DNA of 63,967 bases, counting the filler, from Octopus bimaculoides (Eukaryota): assembly GCF_001194135.2 (NCBI RefSeq). It is 8 parts of 8 records of this genome, joined end to end, with 100 filler letters (N's around TTAATTAATTAA, not from the genome) between each part and the next. Parts side by side here need not be neighbours in the genome. Positions count along the whole stretch, not along the records: positions 1 to 23,270 come from NC_069007.1; positions 23,371 to 32,489 come from NC_068985.1; 6 more parts are not named here. One strand, 5' to 3'. Below are positions 11,922 through 25,301 of the stretch, one piece after another. The first letter of the stretch is position 1; the number at the start of each line of letters is the position of its first letter. The notes under the pieces are model-generated. The model was given only the letters and a program-made list of their open reading frames with translations. It did no database searches and had not been told where the DNA came from. The position numbers and the translations under genes are program-made.

Positions 11922-13002
11922 CAAAGTAGATTTGGCATTGGATTATTTGATTGCAAGTAACAAAATCACACCAGTGAGATTCTGATGTAAAACCTCATCT
12001 CCACAACAACAACAACAACAAATGTGTTAAACAGATGTCCAAAATGAATAAACAGAACAGTTACATTTTTTTGCATGAATTTCCAAGATGAAGAATTACA
12101 CTGTGTAACAGATTTTGGGGTTTTTTTTTTTTGTCTTTGGTCATTAAGTGTTATTTCCTATTTGTTTCTATCTAGAAATCAAATGAAATCCCTGCTATTC
12201 CTTCAAACTTTGCGATACAAATGCCCTGTTTTAAAGTGAGTTAAATTAAAANNNNNNNNNNNNNNNNNNNNNNNNNNNNNNNNNNNNNNNNNNNNNNNNN
12301 NNNNNNNNNNNNNNNNNNNNNNNNNNNNNNNNNNNNNNNNNNNNNNNNNNNNNNNNNNNNNNNNNNNNNNNNNNNNNNNNNNNNNNNNNNNNNNNNNNNN
12401 NNNNNNNNNNNNNNNNNNNNNNNNNNNNNNNNNNNNNNNNNNNNNNNNNNNNNNNNNNNNNNNNNNNNNNNNNNNNNNNNNNNNNNNNNNNNNNNNNNNN
12501 NNNNNNNNNNNNNNNNNNNNNNNNNNNNNNNNNNNNNNNNNNNNNNNNNNNNNNNNNNNNNNNNNNNNNNNNNNNNNNNNNAAACCATTTTGGGACCAAC
12601 CCACCTGAGACTATCCCTGGTTCTATGACAACAAACTTCCTGTTTTTCAGTGATCTAAATTTAGACTTTCTGTCAAAATCTCATATTAATTTATTTTCCA
12701 AATGTCAGCTTAATTTAAACAAAGATATTTTACTAAATTGTTCGTTATTTTCAAAATTAATTGAAACCATGGTAATGCATTTCAAGAGAAATATTGGTTT
12801 CAAATTTTGGTACAAGGCCAACAAGTTCAGGGAGGAAATAAGTTGATTACATTGACTCCAGTGTTTCGCTGGTACTTAATCGACCCCAAAGGGATGAAAG
12901 GCAAAGTCGACCTCAGCAGAATTTGAACTCAGAACATAAGGACGGATGAAATGCCGCTAAGCATTTTGCCCATCATGCTAAAGATTCTGCCAGCTTGACA
13001 CC

Positions 13003-13075
<73 letters not shown>

Positions 13076-13828
13076 TAATGGTTTCAAAATTTGGCACCAG
13101 GCCAGCAAGTTTGGACGAGGGGTTAAGTCAATTACATTGACCCCAGAGTTCAACTGATGCATATTTTATCAACCTTGAAAGGATGAAAGGCAAAGTTGAC
13201 CTCAGTGGAATGTGAACTCAGAACATACAGACAGACAAATTTTGCTGGGCAGGCCAATGATTCTTATTTCTTTATTGTCTACAAGGGGCTAAACATAGAG
13301 GGGACAAACAAGGACAGACAAAGGGGTTAAGTCGTTTATATCGACCTCAGTGCGTAACTGGTACTTAATTTATCGACCCTGAAAGGATGAAAGGCAAAGT
13401 CAACCTCGACGGAATTTGAACTGAGAACGTAATGGCAGACAAAATACCGCTAAGCATTTCGCCCGGCATGCTAACGATTCTGCCAACTTGCCACTTTATT
13501 TCAATACAAATATGGTAGCAAAAAAAGGTTAACCCTTCTTATACCAACCCACATGATATCACCCACATCTACCCACCCTCGTTCTATGACACAAATATTT
13601 TGTTTTAAACTAATCCAAATTCCATCAAAATTCCACCTCAATTCATGTTCCAAGCACCAGCTTAATAAGAACAATTCTTCATTATTTTGAAAATTAATTG
13701 AAACAAAAGCAGCGTACTTTGACAGAAATATCATAACAAAAGGAATATCAAAGAATTTGGTTCAAAATTCTGAGTGTATCATTAAATATACTAGGTAACA
13801 GTTCTATCTGACAAGTTTATGTTCATAC

Positions 13829-13998
13829 CTGTGAAAGTGAAGAACTCTGGTGTTCTTTGCCCCCAGACCATATCCCTGCTTGCTGCTATCAGGGCACAGA
13901 GATGGCTGTCTGCAAGTGCAAGCTTCATTAATCAGAGTGGCTGTTCCAGCACATCTCCCTCACAATCCTCCAGGGTAATGCTTTTACCATTTTGTCAG
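13829..13998 (-). CDS. Weak candidate exon of unknown gene (possible start MKLALADSHLCALIAASRDMVWGQRTPEFFTFT)
   Basis: Unique ~50% GC island with a cccag acceptor and ACAG|GTATGA donor on minus. Alternative open frames exist on plus. Confidence 0.25.
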
Positions 13999-15009
13999 CT
14001 GGGACCACAAGACACTCAAACTTACAGGAAATTCTATGTTCCACTCTTTAATGTAAAATTACTCTATATGTGTATGTATATGTATATGTGTTGTGTGTGT
14101 GTGTGTGTGTGTGTATGGCTCTTGTGCCGGTAGCATGTAAAAAGCACCATTCAAGCATAGTCGATGCCAGTACTACCTGACTGCCCCACCTCTTGTGCCA
14201 GTGGCACGTAGAAAACACCAACTACACTCTCGGCATGGTTGGCATTAGGAAGTGCATCCAGCTGTAGAAACATTGCCAGATCAGATTGGAGCCTGGTATG
14301 GCCTCCTGGCTTGCCAGCCCTCAGTCAAACCATCCAACCTATGTCAGCATGGAAAGTGGACGTTAAATGATGATGATGATGATAGATATAGGCATAGCTG
14401 TGTGGTTGCTTCCCAACCAACCAACCATATTGTTCTGGGTTCAGTCCCACTGTGTAGCACCATAGGCAAGTGTCTTCTACTATAGCCTTGAGCCGACCAA
14501 AGCTGTGGGGAGTGGATTTCGTAAACGGAAACTGAAAGAATCCTGTTGTATATATATATGTGTGTGTGTGTGCCTTGACAATTGGTGTTGGTGTGCTTAT
14601 GAGCCCTTAACTTAGCAGTTTGACAAAGAGATTAACAGAGTAAGTACCAGGCTTAATTAAAGAAGTACTGGGGTTGATTAGGCAGTGCTCCAACATGACC
14701 ACAGTAAAAGAACTGAAACAAGTAAAAGATAAAAGATATACGTGTGTGTGTGTGTGTGTATGTGTGTATGAGTATGTATCTATTTAACTACTGTTCTGCT
14801 GTGGTTGCTAGCTGTTCCTGCTACCAACACCAGACATTCTATTATAATAATGACAGACACCTGAAGAATGTCAAAGCATAGAATGACCAAAACACCTGAG
14901 GCTATAAGAACCAAAATAAGGAAACTAACAGGAACATATCAGCATTTAATAAAAACAAATACAACAAAAAAAAACTTAGAAGAATCATCTCTTGCAACAC
15001 TTTAAACAT

Positions 15010-15405
15010 TTAACGATCAAGAAACGCTCTCATAGCTTGGATTGGATCTTTACATGGTCCATTGACAGCTGGGGTAGAACTATTGGGAGGGTCCCGGTTA
15101 TTGTCCAAGAAAGTCCTCAAACGGAGAAGGGGTTCTTCAAATCTCTGCAAGTCAGTTTCCAGTGACAGGGGTTGATGGTATTCAGCATTTACTTCTCCCA
15201 ATATCCGTTCTACAGACTTTTTTGTCTCAGCAATTTCTTCATCATATGGCAGCATGCAAGAAAGAAAGTCCATGTTTTCCAAAGAGTTACCATCGTCGTC
15301 GTGGACGTCGTTCAAGCTGCTCTGCGATGCCTTGCGCAAAGTAACACCACTGCTGTGATGTTCGGCCCCACCAATGCCTTGCTTGTCCAGACCGCATTTC
15401 TTCAT
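15010..15405 (-). CDS. Orphan 131-aa ORF, probable terminal coding exon of an unidentified gene
   Basis: Complex non-repetitive protein-like sequence and raised GC. Acceptor-like ttttcttttctaattataattccag ~50 nt upstream and ATTAAA ~60 nt after the stop. Confidence 0.55.
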   Translation of the reverse strand: MKKCGLDKQGIGGAEHHSSGVTLRKASQSSLNDVHDDDGNSLENMDFLSCMLPYDEEIAETKKSVERILGEVNAEYHQPLSLETDLQRFEEPLLRLRTFLDNNRDPPNSSTPAVNGPCKDPIQAMRAFLDR

Positions 15406-16204
15406 GACTTGTTGGTAACGTAGCCGATGTCTTCTTTACCAAACAACAATTATCTGGAATTATAATTAGAAAAGAAAAATTAGTGAAAGAGGAAGAGGTT
15501 GGAGGGGGGGGGGGATATGGTAAACAAGTAAACAACAAAAATAAAAACAAATCACAAAAAAATAGGGACGGCTGTGTGGTCAAGAAGCTTTGTTCCCAAC
15601 CATATGGTTTTGGGTTCAGTCCCACTGTATGGCACCTTGGGCAAGTGTCTTCTATTATAGCCCTGAGGTAACCAAAAACTTGTGAGTGGATTTGGTAGAT
15701 GGAAACTGTGTGGAAGCTCATTCTATATCTTTTATCATTGAACTGTGGCCACGCTGGGGCGGTACCTTGAGGAATTTTTTGTCAAACTTAGCCATCCCAG
15801 CACTTATTTTTTTTTAAAGTCTGGTACTTATTCTATTAGTCCCTTTTGCCAAACTGCTAAGTTGTGGGGATTATAGCAGTGGTGAGAGACAAGCACAGAC
15901 ACAAATATATTGTTTTATTCTTTTACTTGTTTCAGTCACTTGATGGTGGCCATGCTGGGGCACCACCTTGAAGGGTTTTAGTGGAACAAATCAACCTCAA
16001 GACTTATTTTTTTAAGCCTGGTACTTATTTTATCAGGCTCTTTTTCTGAACTGCTAAGTTATGGGGGATGTAAACACACCAACAGTGGTTGTCAAGCGGT
16101 GATGGGGGTGGGAACAAACACAGACACACACATGTATATATATCATCATCATCATCACCATCATTTAACATCTGCCTTCCATACTGGCAAGGATATATAT
16201 ATAT

Positions 16205-16602
16205 ATAGGTGCAAGAGTGGCTGTGTGGTAAGTAGCTTGCTTGCCAACCACATGGTTCCGGGTTCAGTCCCACTGCGTGGCATCTCGGGCAAGTGTCTTC
16301 TACTATAGCCTCGGGCCGACCAAAGCCTTGTGAGTAGATTTGGTAGACGGAAACTGAAAGAAGCCCGTCGTATATATGTATATATATATGTGTGTGTATA
16401 TGTTTGTGTGTTTGTGTTTGTCCCCCCAGCATTGCTTGACAACTGATGCTGGTGTGTTTACGTCCCCGTAAATTAGCGTTTCGGCAAAAGAGACCAAAAG
16501 AATAAGTACTAGGCTTACAAAGAATAAGTCCTGGGGTTGATTTCTTCGACTAAAGGCAGTGCTCCAGCACGGCCACAGTCAAATGACTGAAACAAGTAAA
16601 AA
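16205..16602 (+). mobile_element. tRNA-derived SINE family A (CORE-like centre, internal TA/TG microsatellite)
   Basis: A-box-like TGGCTGTGTGG and B-box-like GGTTCAGTCCC, then GGGCAAGTGTCTTCTACTATAGCC and a tail ending GACTGAAACAAGTAAAA. Full or partial copies also near 1-250, 5045-5215, 14390-14740, 15565-15720, 32590-32885, 40110-40355, 46189-46608, 51819-52775, 52860-53240, 54770-55145. Confidence 0.85.
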
Positions 16603-17339
16603 AGTATAACACAATTTATTTATTTCTTCCAAATAGTCGGCAGGATCCATCATCATCCCCATTTAAGGTCCACATTGTTCATGCTTCCATGGGTCAAACA
16701 ATGTTTATTTAGGCAGCTTTGCAACAGCCAGATGCCTTTCCTGCTGCCAACCTTCACTTGTTTCCAAAGCAACATAACAATTTCCTAAAACCAGACATTG
16801 TTTTGTCATGGAAGACTAGAAACAAACAACACCTCTTGTGTGATGGTGATGCTCATTTACAACTATAACATGATGTCAAGACAAGAAGACACACATACAA
16901 CACACACACGTTTTATACAATGGGCTTTAATCAGTTTCCTTTTACCAATTCCACACACAAGACTTTGGACAGCCCAGGACTATAATAAACGACACTTGCC
17001 GAAGGTGCCATGCAATGGGACTAAACCCAAAACCACATGGTTAGGGAAGTGAATTATAATCCAAGGCAGAACATCTCTGAATAAAGAACTAAATGGATGG
17101 TCATGACTGGAACAATAACTTTCGCTCAAAGGTCCATTACAGGGTTAAACAGCAACAACTGGAAGTTTTATAGTAGTTGGCAGAGCTAGCTGCCTCTCCA
17201 GGGGGTTTATTTACCACTTCTCACAGCTCGTTAATCTCATAAATAATTAAACTGAAAGCAAACTAATTTTTGTTCATATTGCATGTGTGTGTGTGCGCAC
17301 ATGTGTATGTGTATAAGTTTGTATGTGTGTGTGTATATA

Positions 17340-17397
<58 letters not shown>

Positions 17398-18260
17398 TAT
17401 ATACATACACACACACTATATATCTGTCCAGCTCATGCCAGTATGAAAAACAGACATTGAATGATGATATACATATAATATATATATATATATATATACA
17501 CACACATATATTTATAAATAAATACATATATATACATGTATATATAAACACATATATTTATAAATATATATATATATATAAATACGCACACACACACATA
17601 TATTTATATGTGTGTGTATTTCTAGTTGTGAGATATAATTTATTTGACATTCCAATTGGTAATGAAAATACCTGCTCTACTACCACCACCACCACCACCA
17701 CCACTACCAATACCACTATCATAACTACTACTACTATTTCTATTGCCACCACTCATTGACAATGGGGGGGGGTTCTGTGATAGTACTGTTACACCCTTAT
17801 TACTATCACCACCACCACCACTACTACCATCATAACCAAGTCAACAACATCATCTATGTGGTTATTCAACCAGCTAGAAATAGAAGCCACTTGACCTCAG
17901 ATGACATCTTAAGAAGGTACATTAGATAATGTGGTCTTCGCTCTACACAGAAGGGATGGTCATACCTGGAATACCTTTGATCATTGACCTCCTTCATCAG
18001 GCTTGACCTGGGGCTGAACAACAACAACTACAGCCATCACCAATGAATGAGGGACTTTTTATGTGGTCAGTCAATGTGTTAGAAATAGCAGCTAAGTCTT
18101 CTTCATATCACATACTGCACTGTCTTAAAATAGATGTTAGAATAAATATATGGTCCTGTGTTGCTTTGACATGGGAATAAGACAGGATGGTCACAGCTGG
18201 AAGGCCTTTGACATATGGGTGTTTGATTAGCGCCTGTCTTGGATTAGTCAAGAAAAAAAA

Positions 18261-18670
18261 CCACTACCACCATCACCACCACCACCATCAATAACCATTG
18301 CGATCTATACCGCCACCACTATCATCATCAGCAGCAGTAGCACCACTACTACAACCACCGCCACCATCAGCGCAACCACAACCATCACCATCGCCCACAC
18401 CACCAGCACTACAACCAACACCACCACCATCACCATCACCAACATTACCAGCACCACCACCACCACCACCACTACCATCACCATAGTTACCAACAGGATC
18501 ATTATCACTAGAACCACCATCACCACCCTCACCCTCACCACTATCCCACCACCACATCCACCACCAGCACCACCACGACCATCACCCCCTCCTCACCACT
18601 ACCACCAGCAGGACCCTCATCCCTACTACCACTACCACCACCTACACAACCACCACCACCTATTCCAACA
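18261..18670. repeat. Degenerate (ACC/CAC)n low-complexity tract
   Basis: Read directly. A comparable (GGT)n tract lies at 39170-39754. Confidence 0.85.
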
Positions 18671-19493
18671 CTGGTAACCTTGGAAATCAAATAAAATAAA
18701 TACACCAAAAANNNNNNNNNNNNNNNNNNNNNNNNNNNNNNNNNNNNNNNNNNNNNNNNNNNNNNNNNNNNNNNNNNNNNNNNNNNNNNNNNNNNNNNNN
18801 NNNNNNNNNNNNNNNNNNNNNNNNNNNNNNNNNNNNNNNNNNNNNNNNNNNNNNNNNNNNNNNNNNNNNNNNNNNNNNNNNNNNNNNNNNNNNNNNNNNN
18901 NNNNNNNNNNNNNNNNNNNNNNNNNNNNNNNNNNNNNNNNNNNNNNNNNNNNNNNNNNNNNNNNNNNNNNNNNNNNNNNNNNNNNNNNNNNNNNNNTAAA
19001 AAAAAAAAGACTTGGAAATGAAAAATCACTTGTAGCAAAAAAATTTATATTATCATTATTATCATTGTTATTATTATTATTATTATTATCATTATTACTA
19101 TTATTGAGTGAGAGAGCATGCCATCAAAGTGACACTGAAGTACAAATATAGGAAGCCCATTATACCCATCATGACTACCCGTCTGATAAGGGTACACCAG
19201 GCACATGCATCACAACCATATGTGCGTGACGTGGTGATCTCGTATCAAGATAAACAGCGCATGACCTCGAAGGTGGGGTCCAGTTAGAATTTTCTTCGGG
19301 TCAAGTAGTTCATCCCGCTCAAAAGGTCCCTGAATAAGGTTCGTTTAAGGATGTTGAGCAAAACACCCACGCTTCCAAAGGTGAATTATTCAAACCCCAA
19401 AGAATTCCTCTCAACACAACGACGACGTTCATGGCAAGGAACAAAGGCAGTATATTTCAACATAAATATGGTAACAAAAGGGTTAAAATGGTC

Positions 19494-19884
19494 TGGCTTC
19501 CATGCCGGTGGCACGTAAACAGCACCAGCGTGATCGTTACCAACGTCGCCTTCCTGGCACTTGTGCCAGTGGCACGTGAAAAGAAATTCGAGCGAGATCG
19601 TTGCCAGTGCTGCCGAACTGGCTCCTGTGCTGGTGGCACATAAAATACACCATTTCGAGTGTAGCCGTCACCAGTACCCGCCTGACTGGCCCTCGTGCCG
19701 GTGACACGTAAAAGCACCCACTACACTCTCTGAGTGGTTGGCGTTAGGAAGGGCATCCAGCTGTAGAAACTCAGCCAAATCAGATTGGAGCCTGGTGTCG
19801 CCTCCTGGTCCACCAGTCCTCAGTCAAATCATCCAACCCATGCTAGCATGGAAAGCGGACGTTAAACGATGATGATGATGATGA
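19494..19884 (+). mobile_element. VNTR-bearing SINE-like retroposon (family C), well-preserved copy
   Basis: Unit starts (TGCC.GTG.CAC) at 19503, 19564, 19628 and 19696, then the conserved GGAAGGGCATCCAGCTGTAGAAAC body and (GAT)n tail. Confidence 0.8.
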
Positions 19885-20114
19885 CGTGGATATGATGCTC
19901 CCCCACTACTTCTGCTCCTGATCAGTGATGCACATATCGTCAGCCACCAAGGGACATGCTCAACTGGTTAAGGTCAAACAACTGACAAGCAAATCTCTGG
20001 TATTGAGCAGAATATTTGCTGTAGCCCATCTTTTTATACTAAGACAAAATATGTACATGATAACACTTCCAATCAATTAAGATCAGAAGCCATGAGAGCC
20101 ACTGCCTGGTACTA

Positions 20115-20148
<34 letters not shown>

Positions 20149-22381
20149 GCTCAAATTCCAATGGGGTTGACTTTACCTTTCAGGGTTGATAAAATAAGTA
20201 CCAGCGAGACACTGGGGTCGACGTAATCGACTATCCCCCTTTCCCCAAATTTCAGGCCTTGTGCCTTTAGTAGAAAGAATCATTATTATTATTATTATTA
20301 TTATCAAGGTGTCAAGCTGGCAGAATCGTTAGCATACTGGGCAAAATGCTTGCAGTATTTCGTCCGTCTTCACATTCTGAGTTCACATTCCACCAAGGTT
20401 GACTTTGCCTTTTATCGTTTCGGGGTCGATAAAGTACCAGCTGAGTACAGGGGTTTCAATTCCTACACCAAGCGGTGCATTGTGTTCTTGAGCAAAATAC
20501 TTCATCTTGCATTGCTCTGAAATCATGTCAACACCTAATTATTCGAAAGTTAGAAAAAACGATGTAAAGTGCATTGTGATCAGCAATGTATAACAACATC
20601 TGATAGTCTGGTTGATGCCATGAATATTATTATTATTAATAATACAGGTAATAATAATATTGATATCTTTTATTTTTTTTACTTGTTTCAGTCATTAGAT
20701 TGTGGCCATGCTGGGGCACCACCTTAATATCATTAATATTATAACATCAATATTACCAATATCGATATTATTAATATTATTGTTGTTAATATGGAAGCAA
20801 GCTGACAGAATCATTACCGTGCCAGGCAAAATGCTTAGCAGAATTTCATCCATCTGTTCTGAGTTCAAATTCTACCAAGGTTGACTTTGCCTTTCATTCT
20901 TTCAGGGTCAATAAAATAAGTACCAGTTGAATATTGGGTTGATGTAATCAACTTACACCACCTCCCCTGAAATTGCTGGCCTTGTGCCAAAATTTAAAAC
21001 CAATATTATTATTATTATCATCAATATTAGGTGAGCAGGCCAACATTCTTTCCCCTGATCAGAAAGCCAATCCATCAGAGGAGCGGCCCCTTTACAGGTG
21101 AGTGGACTGGAGCAACATGAAATGAAGTGTTTTGCATAAGAACACAACAAGCAGCCACTCTGAGAATTGAAACCATGATCTCATGATTGTGAATGCAACA
21201 CCCCTAACCACTAGGCCACAAACCTTTACAATAATAATAGTATAATATTACCAATATTATAATTCATAATATGTTACATTGCCACAAGGCCACTAATTTC
21301 AAAAATTTGCAGAGCTAACCCCAGCAAATCATTTAGTCTGGCGCTCCACCAATTAATTACCTTCCTGAAGATGCAAGTTGTTGTTGTTCTTGTTGTATAG
21401 CACTAGGGTATGCATACATTACATGCAAATGTAGACATAATCTTCATCGTCACCCTTTAAACTTCTCCTTTTTCCATGCTTGCATGAGTCAGATGGATTT
21501 CATTGAAGCAGATTTATTCAGCTGAACGCTTTTCCTGTCACCAACCCTCACCTGTTTCCAAGCAATATTTTCCCAATGGCTGGATATGTTTTGAAAGAAT
21601 GCTGAAAATAAAGAACACAGCTTCCATGATAGTGACACTCATTTACAGGCATCACAGAACGTCAAGACAAGGAGACATAACTCCGTCACTGACAAACCCA
21701 TCTATGCTCCTACATGCACGAATATACGATTAGCTCTCATTTGAGTTGGCTTTCAGTCCACTCAAATGACTTTGTTTGGCATGGGATATAGTAGAAGATA
21801 CCTGCAGTGGAACTAAATCTAAAACATCTGTGCTTGGTAAGTGAATTTCACCATATGCCCATGCATACCTATGATATATATATATATATAGATATATATA
21901 CTGTTGTGTCTGGGGAGGTTCATTTTCTTATTGTGCCTTATAATTTAACACACTCATCGGTAAAATTTCCACTTATTCCTTATTTTTATTTTCCTAAAAT
22001 TTTCCTTGCATCTTGCAACCTTTTCAATAGTCTTGACTCTGTCTGTTATTTCAAGACTTATTTTAAGGCACAAAAAGAAAATGACTCTCCCCAGCCACAA
22101 CAGAATATGCTTCAACACAAGAACACACATAAAAAATCTCACAAACCAAATCCAAAAACGAAATATATNNNNNNNNNNNNNNNNNNNNNNNNNNNNNNNN
22201 NNNNNNNNNNNNNNNNNNNNNNNNNNNNNNNNNNATATATAAGAGGGTTGACCACCAAGTAGACATCCATTTTGCTAGAAGACCACCTATGGTCTTATAT
22301 GAATGTAATATAATTTTCTGAATCTTCAGAGTTATCAATTTGCTAGGCCACTGGTTTTAAATTGATATTAATCAAATTAAT

Positions 22382-22860
22382 TAAAAGCACCCACTACACT
22401 CTGAGAGAGTAGTGGGTGCTTTTACGTGCCACCGGCACGAGGGCCAGTTAGGTGGTACTGGCAACAGCCACACTCAAATGGTGTTTTTTATGTGCCACCT
22501 GCACAGGAGCCAGTCCAGCGGCACTGGCAATGACTTCACTCGAATGTTGTTTTTCACTTGCCACCGGCACAAGTGCCAGTGAGGCGACGCTGGTAACGAT
22601 CACACTCGAATGGTGCTTTTTACATGCCACCGGCATGGGAGCCAGTCAGCGGCCCCGGCAATGATGAACAAATCTCCATAGTCTTTATAATTATTATATA
22701 ATTATTACAGGGGATACAGGCATCGGCCATGTTTGGATGGTGCTTTTTATGTGCCACTGGCATGGGAGCCAGTCAGGCGGACTTGGCATTGACCATATTC
22801 AGATGGTGCTTTTTACGTGCCACCAGCACTGGCCACAGCTACAATATTGGTTTTACTTGA
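22382..22860 (-). repeat. Expanded VNTR portion of a family C element (~6 units of 60-68 bp) with an inverted-repeat end
   Basis: Repeated TGCCACCGGCA..GCCAGTCAG..TGGCAA..CTCGAATGGTGCTTTTTA units. Perfect 16-bp inverted repeat at 22382-22397 / 22409-22424. Confidence 0.75.
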
Positions 22861-23270
22861 CTTAACAGGTCTTTTCAAGCATATTATATTGCCCGACACA
22901 TCAGGGGTACTCTTAACTGGACTGGACATGAATGGCTGATATCTCACTTTAGTTGCTGGGTCTTCTCAATCACAGCATATTTCCAAATGTCTTGGTTTCC
23001 TGTCATTGCCTCTGTGAGGCAATCTATCTATCTATCTATCTATCATCATCATCATCATTGTTTAACGTCCGCTTTCCATGCTGGCATGGGTTGGACGGTT
23101 TGACTGCACCAGGCTCAATCTGATCTGGCAAAGTTTCTACAGCTGGATGCCCTTCCTAACGCCAACCTCTCCGAGAGTGTAGTGGGTGCTTTTACGTGAC
23201 ACCGGCACAAGGGCCAGTCAGGCAGTTCTGGCAACAACCACATTCAAAAGGTCTTTTTTTACATGGCAAT

Positions 23271-23370
23271 NNNNNNNNNNNNNNNNNNNNNNNNNNNNNN
23301 NNNNNNNNNNNNNNTTAATTAATTAANNNNNNNNNNNNNNNNNNNNNNNNNNNNNNNNNNNNNNNNNNNN
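23271..23370. other. Artificial scaffold join (N44-TTAATTAATTAA-N44); identical joins at 32490-32589, 39755-39854, 49136-49235, 59807-59906, 60973-61072, 62122-62221
   Basis: The same 12-mer, with stops in all six frames, is centred in exactly 100-bp gaps seven times. Confidence 0.95.
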
Positions 23371-23600
23371 TATATATATATATATATATATTATTGCGCA
23401 ATATAGCAATGATCACAAAATCGAGTTTCAATGAGACAATTGTAAACCAATGAAATAATGGGACTTGTCCAATCAAATCTTCATAGTTACAATTATGTGT
23501 GTACGTGTGTGTGTATGCGCGTGTGTGTATGTATGGGCGTGTGTGTGTGAGTGTGTGTGTGCATACATATATAGAAACATTCATATATAGCAAAATTTAG

Positions 23601-23842
23601 GTAACATTATATCTGATGAGTTAAGGCAAATTGGTACAAACAATAATTGTTCTTATTCTCCCTCTGATGATGGAATGGATTGCTATTGTTTATTTGCAGA
23701 GAAATGCACTACCTGCGTATCTTTCCTTGAAAATGCTGGAAGAGACGATCTACACACCTTCTTACTTCCTCTTCTTGCTTATGATTTATATTCTTGTAAC
23801 AACTCAGCCTATATACTTAAATATGTAAATGCCATAATCTAA
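23601..23842 (+). CDS. Candidate terminal exon, 79 codons, Cys-containing (NIISDELRQIGTNNNCSYSPSDDGMDCYCLFAEKCTTCVSFLENAGRDDLHTFLLPLLAYDLYSCNNSAYILKYVNAII*)
   Basis: tttag| at 23600, open frame to TAA at 23840-23842, AATAAA at 23966. The polypyrimidine tract is weak and a second frame is also open. Confidence 0.3.
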
Positions 23843-24817
23843 CCCGATACTTGTTGGCTGCCAGGCTATCATACTACAAAAACATGCAAGAATTAATCCC
23901 CATATACAAAACTCAACATCATTGCTAAATACACCATTTTTATGATTGTGTAATCGCATTAGTTTAATAAAAAAAATAAGTTCGTCAAATATATTTTTTA
24001 AAAAACATTTATTTTAACATTTATATATATTATATTCTGATTTTGGTTTGTTCCATTTTTCACAAATGTAAATATATTCAATAAAAAGTTATAAAAACCA
24101 AAGTATATTCATCGGAAAAATTTTTTTTATCAAAATTATAACATAAATTCAATACATATTGTTGTTGGAATAAACGCTGATCATTCACGAAACTCTTCGA
24201 TCCACCACACACATGCATAATTATGATTTCGGGGGTTTGCCATATATTTGACGACATCAGTATTAGCCTCAAGCAATACAGATGCTACTTTCATCATTTC
24301 CAAAATCAGGAGAGCACACACACATACACACACACACATGCACATACGCACACGTACGCGCGCGCAACATTTTATTGTGAAAAGGGTACACTCATATTCA
24401 TTTCCTTCTCTCCAGGACAATAAATATACTGTTTCAATATTTTCATTGTTCATTTGTTTTGCTTTGTATTTCGCTCGTGTCTCACAAAGTTATAACAATT
24501 ATCTGAATACGTACGTACACAGACACATAAACATACACGACCTCATATGCATATACATATATATATATATATATATANNNNNNNNNNNNNNNNNNNNNNN
24601 NNNNNNNNNNNNNNNNNNNNNNNNNNNNNNNNNNNNNNNNNNNNNNNNNNNNNNNNNNNNNNNNNNNNNNNNNNNNNNNNNNNNNNNNNNNNNNNNNNNN
24701 NNNNNNNNNNNNNNNNNNNNNNNNNNNNNNNNNNNNNNNNNNNNNNNNNNNNNNNNNNNNNNNNNNNNNNNNNNNNNNNNNNNNNNNNNNNNNNNNNNNN
24801 NNNNNNNNNNNNNNNNN

Positions 24818-24874
<57 letters not shown>

Positions 24875-25270
24875 GTAAATATATATATTTTATATATATA
24901 TATTCGGCCATTATTTTGCATTTTAAAACCGTCAGACCCGGTACGCAACACTTTGCATACAAAAACATAACTTGTTATGTCCCGGATTAAAGGTAATATA
25001 TGCATATATACTTTGACGGTGCATTGGAGGTCCTGAAATCTCCTTCCCTGTTTCAGAGAAATGTTGTCATAGCTCTATTATTATTTATTGTGGATGTGTT
25101 GTGATTGTGCCTTCAGTGATAAACAGCTAGTTCTTTTTCGGTGATATGTATGTATGTATAAAGTAGTTTGTATGTTCATTATCTGTATCTATTATAAATG
25201 AAGTGAATTAGACAATCTCTTTAGAGTTTGTCTATCACAAGTGGATTTCTTGACGTGATATAAACGCATA

Positions 25271-25301
<31 letters not shown>

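Noticed and set aside
16205-16280. tRNA-like heads with A/B boxes (many copies)
   Set aside because: They do not form a complete cloverleaf and always continue into SINE bodies, so they are not tRNA genes.
18288-18557. Pro-rich, Gly-rich and Val-rich ORFs resembling extensin/formin or glycine-rich proteins (also 39544-39810)
   Set aside because: They arise from degenerate (ACC)n/(GGT)n tracts open in several frames, with no splice or compositional support.
19494-22860. Regularly spaced palindromic GTGCC-N3-GGCAC units that superficially resemble a CRISPR array
   Set aside because: The intervening sequences are homologous to each other (tandem units, not unique spacers), there are no cas genes, and the context is a eukaryotic retroposon.
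23613-23645. CTGATGAG, a perfect hammerhead core start
   Set aside because: No stem II-GAAA or matching stem I follows.
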